A DNA stretch of 58,875 nt from Bacillales bacterium UBA6879 (GTDB lineage: Bacteria > Bacillota_I > Bacilli_A > RFN20 > CAG-288), in contig DKCH01000057.1 in the NCBI GenBank assembly GCA_002449135.1, forward strand, positions 13,954-72,828, in the 5' to 3' direction. This document shows positions 29,901 through 39,783 of the stretch, in pieces. A program made the translations under genes and the position numbers. Under the pieces are notes generated by a model. That model was not told where the DNA came from and made no database searches. It saw nothing but the letters and a program-made list of their open reading frames with translations. Position 1 is the stretch's first letter, and each line of letters begins with the position of its first letter.

Positions 29901-31412
29901 TAAAATAGGCATATTGTTATTTTGCAAAGCTTCGTTTAAAAAGCCAAAATCGAAAACAGCATTATGAGAAACCAAAGTACATCCTTTTACAAAAGTAACA
30001 ATATCTTCCAAAGCTCTTTTAATTGGTTTCCCTGATGCAACATCTTCATCAGTAATTCCTGTTAAATTTTTTGTAACTTCCGATAATTTTTTATCTGGAT
30101 TAATAAAAAAGTCAACTTCAGAAACAATTTGTCCATTCTTTACTTTTACTGCACCAAACTCAATAATACGATCATATCTAGCAGATAAACCAGTAGTTTC
30201 CAAATCAAAAACAACATATGTTTGATCCTTTAAAGCTTCATTATTAGGATTAAACACAGTTTTTAAATTAGCATCAACTACATATAATTCACACCCATAG
30301 AGTGGTTTAATTTTACCTTTAGAAAAATCTTGAAATTTTGGAAACCCTTGAACCGCACCATGATCAGTAATACCTAAAGCTTCCCAACCCCAACTAACCG
30401 CAGTATTAATATAATCAGGAATTTCACCAACACCATCCATAGTAGACATCTTAGTATGAAGATGTAATTCTATTCTCTTTTGGCCTGGATAATTATCCAT
30501 TCTTTTAGGTAAAGGTGGAACTTTTTCTATTGAATAAATTTTTATTACTACTTGCTTTGCATAATCATCATAACTTGGCTCGCCTTTAATTTTAATACGA
30601 TCACCAACTTTCAAATCCATAATCGCTTCTTTAGTAAATTTCTTATTTTCAAAAAGATTTGAAAGCATACCAAAAGTACCATCTTCATAAAATATTTCAG
30701 CCATTACTTTAGTATGATTCTTAATTTCTTTCACATTTAATTGAAAAATATTACCAGTAACTTCAACTCTCTTTAAAGTTAATGTCGCTGCATCTTTTAA
30801 TTTACAAGGTATAAACTCTTGCTCTTGCTTTTTTCTAAACAAGTATTCTTGCTGTTGCAATTTAAACTGTTCTTGATTAGCTAAAGTTTCTTGCTTAAAT
30901 TCACTATCAACTTTTTCTGAAGAAACTAAATCATCATTAAAAGAAGGTAAATGACCTAGTTGAACCTTTAAATTAATTCCTGCTCTTTTTAATAAATCAA
31001 CTAGTGGTGTAACAGCATTCATTAATTTATTAACATCTAATTCTGACTGATATTCAAATACAATTTCACTATTATATAAGTCAATATAGTATGAAGATAA
31101 TAAATTTTCAAATCCATATTCAGCAGTATAATCTTTTATAAATTTATTAAGTAAACTTAAACTTGGTTTTTCTAAATAAATAAAACTAAGTTCAGAAGCA
31201 AAGCCACTATCCAACTTTGCAAAACTATCAATATCTTTAAAAAAACTGGTTATGATTTTATAGTCTAAAATATGTGGAAAAACTACCTCAGCTTGAAAAG
31301 TTTCACTAGCATTAGTAACCCTATAGCTTTTAAAATAGCCCTGGCTAATAATTGGATCATCAGTATAAACAAAACCTATTTTACTTAAAAATTTATTAAA
31401 TAGCCTATCCAT
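26991..31412 (-). CDS. polC: DNA polymerase III PolC-type (Gram-positive replicative polymerase)
   Basis: 1473 aa. PHP domain (ELHLHTKMSTMDG), inserted DnaQ-type exonuclease (VVFDLETTGLS, HNAVFDFGFL, HRANYDAE), Zn module (CPNPNCKH...CPICH), polymerase core (GSRGSVGSSLVA, PDIDLNFP). Confidence 0.97.
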   Translation of the reverse strand: MDRLFNKFLSKIGFVYTDDPIISQGYFKSYRVTNASETFQAEVVFPHILDYKIITSFFKDIDSFAKLDSGFASELSFIYLEKPSLSLLNKFIKDYTAEYGFENLLSSYYIDLYNSEIVFEYQSELDVNKLMNAVTPLVDLLKRAGINLKVQLGHLPSFNDDLVSSEKVDSEFKQETLANQEQFKLQQQEYLFRKKQEQEFIPCKLKDAATLTLKRVEVTGNIFQLNVKEIKNHTKVMAEIFYEDGTFGMLSNLFENKKFTKEAIMDLKVGDRIKIKGEPSYDDYAKQVVIKIYSIEKVPPLPKRMDNYPGQKRIELHLHTKMSTMDGVGEIPDYINTAVSWGWEALGITDHGAVQGFPKFQDFSKGKIKPLYGCELYVVDANLKTVFNPNNEALKDQTYVVFDLETTGLSARYDRIIEFGAVKVKNGQIVSEVDFFINPDKKLSEVTKNLTGITDEDVASGKPIKRALEDIVTFVKGCTLVSHNAVFDFGFLNEALQNNNMPILTNKVIDTLPLSRILFQDIRSHTLGDVCKKLDVVYDKDEAHRANYDAEVLNSCWQYIEQSLINIKRDFTLNDLSHVIDFLGDSKKQEEIRKNIILQARHPMHVIAYARDKQGLKDLFQIISDSCIKYISGVPRVPKDELQAYREHLLLGSACENGEVFEAAMTRGKSVTEEIMKFYDYIEVQPPANFSHLVAKGSLSSFDDVYKIIRDIVDMAKEINKLVVATSDCHYIEKEDKIFRDVFVFAKGLKGVRHPLNPFSRDKQKYYDNPDQFLRTTEEMIEEFSFLNNEELVKEIVITNTHKVADMISSDVHPIHDYLAAPIIDNCDVLLKNKVMETAHKLYGDPLPKIVADRLEAEMSGISANHFEVIYWIASKLVTQANADGYLVGSRGSVGSSLVATMAGITEVNPLQPHYRCPNPNCKHLEWIDNTTYPDIRSGFDLPDKECPICHTKMVHDGHNIPFATFIGFHAEKTPDIDLNFPPDYQPHAHDLTRILLTEESGNQVFKAGTTETVAEKNAIGYAKGYFEALEKHPELNIVASNVPRSELTRLALKCEGVKRTTGQHPGGIIVIPRGKDVTDFTPIQYPSDDTSKSWYTSHFDYNQMHDTILKLDLLGHVDPQALKMMSENSHKDLYSIPFNDPEVLSLFTSTKALKLGHNYLNVNVGTMGMPEFGTRFSMSMLEETKPTTFADLLIISGLSHGTDVYAGNQQILIKEGITNLRGVIGCRDDIMMTLHDTYGIPFDDAFQIMEITRHGKFNPTVKKTYEKFVKYKQEMIDHKVPDYFINSCIKIKYLFPKAHAAAYVMMALRVGWFKVHDPLSFYATYFSVRLDQYEISTMVKGLQACLNRLNELKEKKANFKVTPTEEDLILCLQMSIEMLDRGFKFEKIDVNKSEATRFIINWKNKSLIPPFSSLAGIGESAAVSVIEARNKAPFKSIDDFIKRTSISTTKVQELKALGAFNDLPESDEITLF

Positions 31413-31462
31413 AAAATCTCCTAGCTAAACTATTTTAGCAAATTTTAAAATCTAAAGTTTCA

Positions 31463-32890
31463 CTAAATTGCAGGTGAGACTATATCTTTAATTACTAAAA
31501 CAACCATTAAAATAATAAGTAAACACATGCCAACCATTGACATTATATTTTTAATTTTCTTATATGTTTTATTATTTTTTAAAGATTTATTTTCATCCGC
31601 TTGTTTTAATTGTTCCAATTCACTTTCGGAAAGTTTCTTCATCTTATATTTTATTTTTCTTACTAACTTTTGAATATTAAAATATATACCTTCACAAATA
31701 GTAATTAAAATTTGCCAACCATCTAAAGCAGGGAATGGTAACAAATTCATTACAGCTAAGTTAACAGAAATCAAAGCCCATAAATTTAAAAATGAACCGA
31801 TTCCTAAAGCTTGAGCTTGAGCAGATAATTTAAAAATTGAAATAACACCACCAACTTGTGACCAAGTAGCTGGATTAAATAAAGCAGCAATTGAAACAAA
31901 CAAAGCTGAACAATAATAACACCATTGCTCCCATGCTACTTTTGCACCTTCAGCAAAAGAATATTTAAAATGTATACGATATGAACCAATTCCTAAATTT
32001 TCATAACCGCCATTACTAGTGGCTTTGGATAATACTTTAGTAGTATAAACTTTAGAAGGTGGAATATTAGCTAATTCACTTTCATTATTTACTTCATTTC
32101 CTTTAACAAAACTAAAAGTAATTTCACGATAATCATAAGAAAACTTGGATGGATACTCTACTTTTTCAGTCTCAGTATAATAAACATTAGAAAGTAAAGT
32201 ATTTAAAGCATTATTTAATTCAACTTTATTATCAACATCATTTTCATTAGAATAAGCATAACGACTAATATTAGACTCAATTGTTTCAACTTTTATATCA
32301 GTTCCAGAACCGCCTTCAGGTAAAAAATGATAAGTAATTTTAACATGTCTAATATAATCACCATCACTTAAAGTAACATTATCAACTTTATTGCCATTTA
32401 AATAAACCTCATTTTGAGTTTTTAAAACGCCTTCATTATTTACGTAAACTCTACTAGAAGCAATATTATTAGTAACTTGAGTACAGGCAGTAAAAGAAAA
32501 TAATAGTAAAATATAGCCTAAAACAAAATTCATAAAAACACCAGCAGCCATAATAATTACCTGCTTCCATCTAGATTTACCTTCTAAAGTGCGATCATGA
32601 GGAACAATAATAGACTTATCTACCCCTTCAACATCTTCTAAATCTTCTCCAGCCATAGAAACATAGCCACCAATAGGTAAAGCCCTAATTGAAAAAGCAG
32701 TTTCTTGTTTCTTTTGTTTATTAGGTTTCTTTTGATAAATTAATGGTCCCATACCAACTGAAAACTCATAGCAATAAACCTTAAAAATCTTTGCAGCTGA
32801 TAAATGACCTGCTTCATGAATAACAACCAAAATAGATAGTGATAATAGAAAAACAATAATATCTAAGACAGTTTGCCAAAATCCACTCAT
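31463..32890 (-). CDS. rseP: RIP metalloprotease RseP/RasP (site-2 protease, M50)
   Basis: HExxH in TM1 (VIHEAGHLSAA) and the distal NLLPFPALDGWQ motif. It occupies the conserved dxr-rseP-polC position. Confidence 0.85.
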   Translation of the reverse strand: MSGFWQTVLDIIVFLLSLSILVVIHEAGHLSAAKIFKVYCYEFSVGMGPLIYQKKPNKQKKQETAFSIRALPIGGYVSMAGEDLEDVEGVDKSIIVPHDRTLEGKSRWKQVIIMAAGVFMNFVLGYILLLFSFTACTQVTNNIASSRVYVNNEGVLKTQNEVYLNGNKVDNVTLSDGDYIRHVKITYHFLPEGGSGTDIKVETIESNISRYAYSNENDVDNKVELNNALNTLLSNVYYTETEKVEYPSKFSYDYREITFSFVKGNEVNNESELANIPPSKVYTTKVLSKATSNGGYENLGIGSYRIHFKYSFAEGAKVAWEQWCYYCSALFVSIAALFNPATWSQVGGVISIFKLSAQAQALGIGSFLNLWALISVNLAVMNLLPFPALDGWQILITICEGIYFNIQKLVRKIKYKMKKLSESELEQLKQADENKSLKNNKTYKKIKNIMSMVGMCLLIILMVVLVIKDIVSPAI

Positions 32891-32968
32891 TTTAATCTCC
32901 TACTAACAATAAAACATTGTATTAAATATTTTAATATATCTATAAATAAATTAACAAGTAATTTAATA

Positions 32969-34114
32969 TCAAGCTCTTTTATACTTCTTAACAAGTTCTC
33001 TTAGTTTTGAATCAGTCTCTTCTAATTCTTCATAATTCATTTCTTTTTTATTAATTAAATTTTCTTTTACAATTTTTTCTTCTAAATTTAAAAAATCTAG
33101 ATATGTTAATTCATTATTAACTAATAATTTAATTAGTTCCTCATCAACAGCATTTAAAACTACCATATTTAAAGGATTTAATTTAAAAACATCTAAAACC
33201 AATTTAAATAAAGGATAACGTTTAACATTAAACTCTCTAAAATTTAATGAACATTTTCTATTAAAATCAACTGCTTTATAATCCATATTTATTCTTTTAG
33301 CTTCATTTAAAGCATAAGAAATTGGAATTCTCATATCAGAAGGACCAACTTCAAATAAATAAGAATTATCTTTAAACTCTAAAGCAGAATGAATTTCAGA
33401 CTCATCATTAATTAAAACTGAAATATTATTAATATCCCAATTAAATAAATAACTTGCTTCAATAAATTCAAAACCTTTATTAACCATAGTTGTAGAATCT
33501 ACAGTTATCCTTTTACCCATTTTCCAAGTTGGATGATTTAAAACATCTTTGATAGTTACTTTAGATAATTCTTCTAAAGGATAATCTCTTAAAGCTCCAC
33601 CTGAAGCAGTAATTATCATCCTTTTAACTTCTTTTCTATTTGAATGCTTTAGAAGCTTATATAAAGCCACATGCTCTGAATCAATAGGATATAATTTACC
33701 AAATCCTTGGCTTAATAAATTATTAATTAATATGCCACCAACTACTAAAGATTCTTTATTAGCTAAACAAAGAGTCTTGTTTAATTTTAAAGCAGTTAAA
33801 CTTGGCTTTAGCCCAGCAAAACCTACTAAAGAATTAATAATCTTTTGACTTTTTACAGCATTTAATAAATCAATATTAGAATCTTTTCCACTAAAAACGA
33901 AATAGTTAGGATATTCTTTTTTAAATTCATTTGCTTTTTCCTCATTTAAAATAGCAACATACTTTAAATTAGGTAACTTACATAATTGTTCTTTTAAAAC
34001 ATCAATTTTAGAATTTAAAGAAAGACCTTCCACCTCAAATCCTTCTTTACATGCAACATCAATACTTTGTAAACCAATAGAGCCTGTAGCTCCTAAAATT
34101 GTAATTTTTTCCAT
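32969..34114 (-). CDS. dxr: 1-deoxy-D-xylulose 5-phosphate reductoisomerase
   Basis: N-terminal NADPH motif ITILGATGSIG, LANKESLV, PIDSEHVA, NKGFE. Confidence 0.92.
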   Translation of the reverse strand: MEKITILGATGSIGLQSIDVACKEGFEVEGLSLNSKIDVLKEQLCKLPNLKYVAILNEEKANEFKKEYPNYFVFSGKDSNIDLLNAVKSQKIINSLVGFAGLKPSLTALKLNKTLCLANKESLVVGGILINNLLSQGFGKLYPIDSEHVALYKLLKHSNRKEVKRMIITASGGALRDYPLEELSKVTIKDVLNHPTWKMGKRITVDSTTMVNKGFEFIEASYLFNWDINNISVLINDESEIHSALEFKDNSYLFEVGPSDMRIPISYALNEAKRINMDYKAVDFNRKCSLNFREFNVKRYPLFKLVLDVFKLNPLNMVVLNAVDEELIKLLVNNELTYLDFLNLEEKIVKENLINKKEMNYEELEETDSKLRELVKKYKRA

Positions 34115-35076
34115 TAGAATGTCCAGCTATGTATAATACAATAAATCAACGAAGCCATCAAAATAGAAGAGAAAATTAAAGAATCAACTCTATCTAAAAC
34201 TCCACCATGACCAGGTAATAAATTTGAAAAGTCCTTTAAAGCAAAGAAACGCTTAACTAAGGATAAAAGTAAATCACCAAAAACTGCAGCCAAAGGTAAA
34301 ACTAATGAAAACATAATAAGAAATCCAGGACCGTTAGTTTTAACAGAAAAAATAGGTGAAATATCAGTTGGTAAAATAGGTATTTCATAATAATCCATCA
34401 AAAAAGCAAAAAGGAATGAAAACAAAAATGAAATAACAATACCCCCAATAAATCCTTCCCAGGTTTTATGAGGAGAAATAGTTTTAGCCATGTGGTGCTT
34501 ACCAAATAAGATTCCAACAAAATACGCACCAATATCATTAAAAATTACAGCAATAATCAAATATACACAAAGTAAAGAAGATCTCCAACCATCTTGTAAA
34601 TAAAAAGAATTAGGTAAATATCTAACATATAACATAGATAAAAAACCCATAGCCAAATAAAGTCCCATAGAAAATATATAACAGGCATTATTTAAAGTGA
34701 AATTATTAAAAAATAAACAACAAGAAAATAACAAGAAGAAAAATAAACCTATATATAAAGGTGAAACATTAAAATTATTTAAAACAAACAAGTTATTATT
34801 TTTAATAAAATTAAAAGACTCCTGTTCCAATAAAAATGGTGAAAAAGCCATTAATAAAACCATTACAAAAGTAATAATAGTAACTAAAGGATTAAATAAA
34901 GTATGGTTAGAAGCATGAATAACTTCATAAATTCCTAAAATACAAATTAAAAATAAAGCAACATAAAAATACCAACTACCAAAAACCAAACATGGAACTA
35001 AAATAGCGCATAAAATTACAGCAGTAATAATTCTTTTTAACATAACATGATAAGAAGATGATGTTAATCTATTCAT
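34114..35076 (-). CDS. cdsA: phosphatidate cytidylyltransferase
   Basis: Polytopic protein with the C-terminal CTP-transferase signature SLVKRFFALKDFSNLLPGHGGVLDRVDS. Confidence 0.88.
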   Translation of the reverse strand: MNRLTSSSYHVMLKRIITAVILCAILVPCLVFGSWYFYVALFLICILGIYEVIHASNHTLFNPLVTIITFVMVLLMAFSPFLLEQESFNFIKNNNLFVLNNFNVSPLYIGLFFFLLFSCCLFFNNFTLNNACYIFSMGLYLAMGFLSMLYVRYLPNSFYLQDGWRSSLLCVYLIIAVIFNDIGAYFVGILFGKHHMAKTISPHKTWEGFIGGIVISFLFSFLFAFLMDYYEIPILPTDISPIFSVKTNGPGFLIMFSLVLPLAAVFGDLLLSLVKRFFALKDFSNLLPGHGGVLDRVDSLIFSSILMASLIYCIIHSWTF

Positions 35077-35803
35077 TTTTTAGTCCCCCAAAACGACGAT
35101 TACGATTTTGATAATCTTGTAAACAATTTTCTAAATCAATTTTAGAAAAAGACGGCCAATATTGCTTTGGAAAAACAAACTCAGCATAAGCAGCTTCCCA
35201 TAATAAACAATTAGAAAGTCTTTGTTCTCCACTAGTTCTAATTAATAAATCCACAGGTGGTAATAAATTATATAAATTGTCATTTATAGTTTGTTCAGTA
35301 ATTTCATCTATTTTAATTTCATTATTTTGAACTTTTTTAGCAATTTGTTTACAAGCATAAACTATTTCTCTTCTTCCACCATAATTAAACAAGACATTGA
35401 AAACATGTTTATTAAATTGTTTAGTTTTATTTATTGCCTCATCCATTGTTTCTTTTACATCGCTAGGTATTCTAGGATCATCTAAATCACCAGAAATAGT
35501 AATTCTAGTTTCTTTTTTTATAAAGTCATCAATGTTATCTTTAAAAAATGTTTTTAATAAATTAAACAAAAAAGAAATTTCTGCTTGTGGCCTATTCCAA
35601 TTTTCTGTAGAAAAACAAAAAAGAGAGACAACTTTTATCCCATAGTCAAAAAAACAAAGATCAACAATTTCTTTAATCTTTTTTACCCCAGCTTTATGTC
35701 CTAATGAACGTGGAAGCAATCTTTTTTTAGCCCAACGCCCATTACCATCCATAATAAAGGCAAGATGATCAAGTTTTTTAGTTAAGATAAATTTGTCTTC
35801 CAT
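35069..35803 (-). CDS. uppS: isoprenyl transferase (undecaprenyl diphosphate synthase)
   Basis: HLAFIMDGNGRWAKKR, FSTENWNRP, IRTSGEQRLSNCLLWEAAYAEF. Confidence 0.95.
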   Translation of the reverse strand: MEDKFILTKKLDHLAFIMDGNGRWAKKRLLPRSLGHKAGVKKIKEIVDLCFFDYGIKVVSLFCFSTENWNRPQAEISFLFNLLKTFFKDNIDDFIKKETRITISGDLDDPRIPSDVKETMDEAINKTKQFNKHVFNVLFNYGGRREIVYACKQIAKKVQNNEIKIDEITEQTINDNLYNLLPPVDLLIRTSGEQRLSNCLLWEAAYAEFVFPKQYWPSFSKIDLENCLQDYQNRNRRFGGLKNE

Positions 35804-35806
35804 TTA

Positions 35807-36352
35807 TTAGAGAGTTAATAATTCTTTCTCTTTAGTAGCAAAAATAGTATCAATAGTTTTGTTATATTTATCAGTAACCTTTTGAATATCATCTTGGATA
35901 TCAAAAACCATATCCTTAGATAAAGTAGTATCCTTTTTTAACTTATTCATGAATTCGCCTCTAACAGCTCTAATAGAAGATTTAGCTTTATCAGAATAAG
36001 TCTTTGCTTGCTTAACAAATTCTTTACGTCTATCACCAGTTAAAGAAGGAAAATTTAAAACAATATTTGTTCCATTAATAACTGGGTTAACACCTAAATC
36101 AGATTCACCAATAGCTTTAACAATATCTTTAATTGAAGTTGGATCATAAGGTTTAACTACTAATTGAGTAGGTAAAGGTGCTGAGATACCAGCAATAATC
36201 TTAATTTGAGTTTTTTCCCCATAATAATCAACATAAACCTTATCTAAAACTGAAGCAGAGACGACTCCAGATCTAATAGTCTTTAAGCCATTTTTAAGAT
36301 TTTCAACGACCTTAGACATTTCTTGGTCACATTTTTGAACAATTTCTTCCAT
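35807..36352 (-). CDS. frr: ribosome recycling factor
   Basis: 181 aa in the pyrH-frr-uppS position. LTGDRRKEFVKQAK and a C-terminal coiled region are typical of RRF. Confidence 0.95.
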   Translation of the reverse strand: MEEIVQKCDQEMSKVVENLKNGLKTIRSGVVSASVLDKVYVDYYGEKTQIKIIAGISAPLPTQLVVKPYDPTSIKDIVKAIGESDLGVNPVINGTNIVLNFPSLTGDRRKEFVKQAKTYSDKAKSSIRAVRGEFMNKLKKDTTLSKDMVFDIQDDIQKVTDKYNKTIDTIFATKEKELLTL

Positions 36353-36366
36353 AATTTAAAACCTTT

Positions 36367-37080
36367 CTATTTATGAATAATCGTACCGATCTTTTCATCA
36401 TTTAATATTTTAACAAAATTTTGCTTATCACCCATATCAAAAACGCAAATTGTAATATCACTTTCTCTTAATAAAGAAATAGCAGTAGAATCTATAACCT
36501 TAAGATTTCTTTGTAAGACTTCATCATAAGTAATATCCTTAATAAGCTTAGCATTTTTATTTGTACGAGGATCAGAATCAAAAACCCCTTCTACGCCGTT
36601 TTTAGCCATAAAAATTGCATTACAATTTAATTCTTTAGCTCTTAAAGCTGCTGCAGTATCAGTTGTAAAGTAAGGATTACCAATCCCCCCTGCAAAAATT
36701 ACTACTCTACCTTTTTCTAAATGTCTAATAGCTTTCTTTTGAATATATGGTTCTGCTACTTGATTAACACTAATAGCAGACATTACACGATTATCTACAC
36801 CAACATTAGATAAAGTGGAACCGATAGCCATGGCATTAATAATAGTACCTAACATTCCCATATAATCAGCAGTTGCATGTTCAATACCAATACTATCTGC
36901 TAATCTTCCTCTCCAAATATTACCAGCACCACAAACTACACAAACCTGACAAGATAAAGAAGCTAATTCTTTAATTGACAAAGCAATATTTTTTAAAAAC
37001 TTAGCATCAAGTATTTGATCATCAGAAAAATCTTTTAAGGCTTCGCCAGATAACTTTACTAAAATTCTTTTATATTTCAT
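36367..37080 (-). CDS. pyrH: UMP kinase
   Basis: YKRILVKLSGEAL, GAGNIWRG, FAGGIGNPYFTTDTAAALRA. Confidence 0.95.
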   Translation of the reverse strand: MKYKRILVKLSGEALKDFSDDQILDAKFLKNIALSIKELASLSCQVCVVCGAGNIWRGRLADSIGIEHATADYMGMLGTIINAMAIGSTLSNVGVDNRVMSAISVNQVAEPYIQKKAIRHLEKGRVVIFAGGIGNPYFTTDTAAALRAKELNCNAIFMAKNGVEGVFDSDPRTNKNAKLIKDITYDEVLQRNLKVIDSTAISLLRESDITICVFDMGDKQNFVKILNDEKIGTIIHK

Positions 37081-37225
37081 AGCTTACTCCTAACTTTCTT
37101 TAATATTCTAAACTAATTAAATTAATATTTACACTAAAAGCTTACTTTTAAATATAAATTATAAGCAACAAAACTATAAATACTTAAAAATTCAAATTAA
37201 TTTATTCTTTATGTATTAATAAACA

Positions 37226-37254
37226 TTTACAATATTTTTACATTTTACTAAAAT
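37226..37254 (+). promoter_or_regulatory. candidate promoter for the 152-aa membrane protein gene
   Basis: TTTACA-17 nt-TAAAAT, ~35 nt upstream of AAAGGAG and the ATG at 37290. The AT-rich background makes chance matches likely. Confidence 0.3.
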
Positions 37255-37289
37255 ATAAAATAATATACTAAATAAAAAAGGAGATTATT

Positions 37290-37748
37290 ATGAATATTGA
37301 AATCAATTCAAAAGGAATAAACATAAACTCAAACAAAAATAAAAGTAAGAAATTACAAGCTTTAGCTCATGCTTTGGATTGCTCTTTATATGGTTTACTA
37401 ATATTAACTTATGCGATTTTATCTCTTTTTGTAGAAATCAAATTTGAAAGTGGTCTAAACGCTTGGGCATGCTTATGGCCAATTATTTTATTAGGTAATG
37501 TTCCTAGTGGCATTTTAAAAACAATTGTCTTAAAAAGAGCCAATGAATTTCCTATCTATTCTATTATTTTATTCGCCTATTTATTTATGGGTATGGCTTA
37601 TAATATGTGGCATCCTTACTGGGTTATAATCTTAATTATCCCTATATATTATTTAATTGCCAATTCTATTGATGCTTTAGTAAGCTACTTAAGAAAAAGC
37701 ACAGATGATAATAAAGACATTGATATAGATTATTCTAAAAAAGATTAA
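37290..37748 (+). CDS. small membrane protein, function unknown
   Basis: 152 aa with RBS AAAGGAGA. Hydrophilic N/K-rich N-terminus, about 4 TM segments, acidic C-tail. Confidence 0.7.
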   Translation: MNIEINSKGININSNKNKSKKLQALAHALDCSLYGLLILTYAILSLFVEIKFESGLNAWACLWPIILLGNVPSGILKTIVLKRANEFPIYSIILFAYLFMGMAYNMWHPYWVIILIIPIYYLIANSIDALVSYLRKSTDDNKDIDIDYSKKD

Positions 37749-37826
37749 ACATATTTAATACATATTTCTAAGCAATAAATACATATCAACCTATTTTATA
37801 TAAATTTAATTTATATCCTATTTTTC

Positions 37827-37855
37827 TTGTAAAAATAATAATCTACCACTATAAT
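37827..37855 (+). promoter_or_regulatory. candidate promoter of ispE-prs-esterase
   Basis: TTGTAA-17 nt-TATAAT, 30 nt upstream of the ispE ATG. Confidence 0.45.
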
Positions 37856-37884
37856 TTACTTGTCTATAAATTAAGGAAAGATTA

Positions 37885-38748
37885 ATGTTAATACTAAAAG
37901 CTCCTGCAAAGATTAATTTAGCTATCGATGTCTTAAATAAAAGAGATGATGGCTACCATAATATCGATATTGTAACTATTCCTTTAGAGTTACATGATTC
38001 TTTAGAATTAGAGACTTATCCTAAAAAATATGGAACTTTTGTTACTTCTGATGATTCTTCTTTAATTTGTGATGAATCTAACTTAGTTTATATATCTTAT
38101 CGCTTAATGAAATCAACTTTCCATTTAGAACCAGGTTTAAGAATCAAAATTTTCAAAAGAATTCCAATGGAAGCTGGTTTAGGTGGTGGATCAGCTGATG
38201 CCGCAAGTGTTATTAATGCTATTAATAAAATTCATAAATTGAATTTAACTGATCAACAAAAAATTGACTTAGCAATTCAAGTAGGTTCAGATGTTCCTTA
38301 TTGCTTATTTAATAAGCCAGCTAGAATCGAAAAGAAAGGTGAAAAGTTAACTTTTTTAAATCTTAAAAAGAACTATTATGTCTTACTAATTCAACCTAAT
38401 ATGGGCTTATCAACAGCTGGAGTCTATAAACTTTATGATAAAGTTGGAGGAGATAAACCAAATATTGATAAATTAATTCAAGGTTTAGAAACTGACAATG
38501 ATAAATTAATTGAAGATAATATGGTAAATGCCTTACAAAAAGCAGCTACAATAGCCTTACCTGAAATAGGAAATATTATAAATAAGCTAAAAGATGCCGG
38601 TCTAAAAAAGGTAATGATGTCTGGTTCAGGTTCTACTGTCTTTGCTTTAGATGAAGACAAAGAAAAAATAAAAAATATCGCTAAGTTATTTAATGATGAT
38701 AATCATTCTGTATGGGTTACTAAAACAGCTTGCAAAATTAATAAATAA
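37885..38748 (+). CDS. ispE: 4-(cytidine 5'-diphospho)-2-C-methyl-D-erythritol kinase
   Basis: N-terminal KAPAKINL and the GHMP-kinase motif PMEAGLGGGSADAA. Confidence 0.9.
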   Translation: MLILKAPAKINLAIDVLNKRDDGYHNIDIVTIPLELHDSLELETYPKKYGTFVTSDDSSLICDESNLVYISYRLMKSTFHLEPGLRIKIFKRIPMEAGLGGGSADAASVINAINKIHKLNLTDQQKIDLAIQVGSDVPYCLFNKPARIEKKGEKLTFLNLKKNYYVLLIQPNMGLSTAGVYKLYDKVGGDKPNIDKLIQGLETDNDKLIEDNMVNALQKAATIALPEIGNIINKLKDAGLKKVMMSGSGSTVFALDEDKEKIKNIAKLFNDDNHSVWVTKTACKINK

Positions 38749-38779
38749 AAATGAATAAAATAATAAAAAGGAGGATTAT

Positions 38780-39778
38780 ATGTTAGAAAACGCCATTTTG
38801 TTCTCGCTCTCGGCTAATCCAGACTTAGCCAAGTCTATTGCTAATAGACTAAATGTCCGCTTAGGTCAAAGATCAATAAGAAGATTCCCATCTGGAGAAA
38901 TCATTTGTGAACCAATTGAATCAGTAAGAGGTAAAGATGTCTTTATCTTACAATCTACTTGTCCGCCAGTTAATGAGAATTTAATGGAACTTTTAATTTT
39001 TGTCGATGCCTTAAAAAGAGCTTCAGCTAATGAAATTAATGTTATCATTCCATATTTTGGCTATGCTAGACAAGATAGAAAAGCTAAACCAAGACAACCA
39101 ATTACAGCTTCTTTAGTTGCTAATTTATTAGTAACTGCCGGTGTTAACAGAGTTGTTACTGTTAATTTACACGCCAGCCAAATTCAAGGTTTCTTCTCTT
39201 GTTTAGTTGATGATTTAACCGCTGTTAATTTATTAGGCTACTATATTATGGCTACCCACAAAGACTTAAAGAACTTTACAGTAGTTAGCCCTGATCATGG
39301 TGGTGTTGAAAGAGCTAGAACCATTGCTGAATTGTTTGATTGTCCTTTAGCAATCATTGATAAAAGAAGAAATTCAAATTTAGAGCCAGAAGTCATGGCA
39401 ATTATTGGTGATGTTAAAGGTAGAAACTGCTTAATGATTGACGATATGATTGATACTGCTAGATCAGCAGTTAATGGCGCTAATGCTTTAAGAAAAGCTG
39501 GTGCTACTTCAGTTAAAATTGCAGCTGTTCATGGTGTATTTTCTGATCCTGCTTATGACTTACTTTCTAAAGGCGCTTTTGATGAAATAATTGTTACTGA
39601 TTCTATTCCACTTTCAGCTAAAATGACAAATATTCCTTATATTAAAGTTATTTCCTTAGCCCCTATGTTAGCTGATATTATTCATAGAATAACTGATAAT
39701 AAGCCATTATCAACAGTCTATGATGCTTATACTAAAAACGATTATCCAGAAATTGTTGAAGTCGATCATCAAGAATAA
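38780..39778 (+). CDS. prs: ribose-phosphate pyrophosphokinase
   Basis: PYFGYARQDRK, VSPDHGGVERAR, PRPP loop MIDDMIDTARS, AAVHGVF. Confidence 0.95.
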   Translation: MLENAILFSLSANPDLAKSIANRLNVRLGQRSIRRFPSGEIICEPIESVRGKDVFILQSTCPPVNENLMELLIFVDALKRASANEINVIIPYFGYARQDRKAKPRQPITASLVANLLVTAGVNRVVTVNLHASQIQGFFSCLVDDLTAVNLLGYYIMATHKDLKNFTVVSPDHGGVERARTIAELFDCPLAIIDKRRNSNLEPEVMAIIGDVKGRNCLMIDDMIDTARSAVNGANALRKAGATSVKIAAVHGVFSDPAYDLLSKGAFDEIIVTDSIPLSAKMTNIPYIKVISLAPMLADIIHRITDNKPLSTVYDAYTKNDYPEIVEVDHQE

Positions 39779-39783
39779 GCTTA

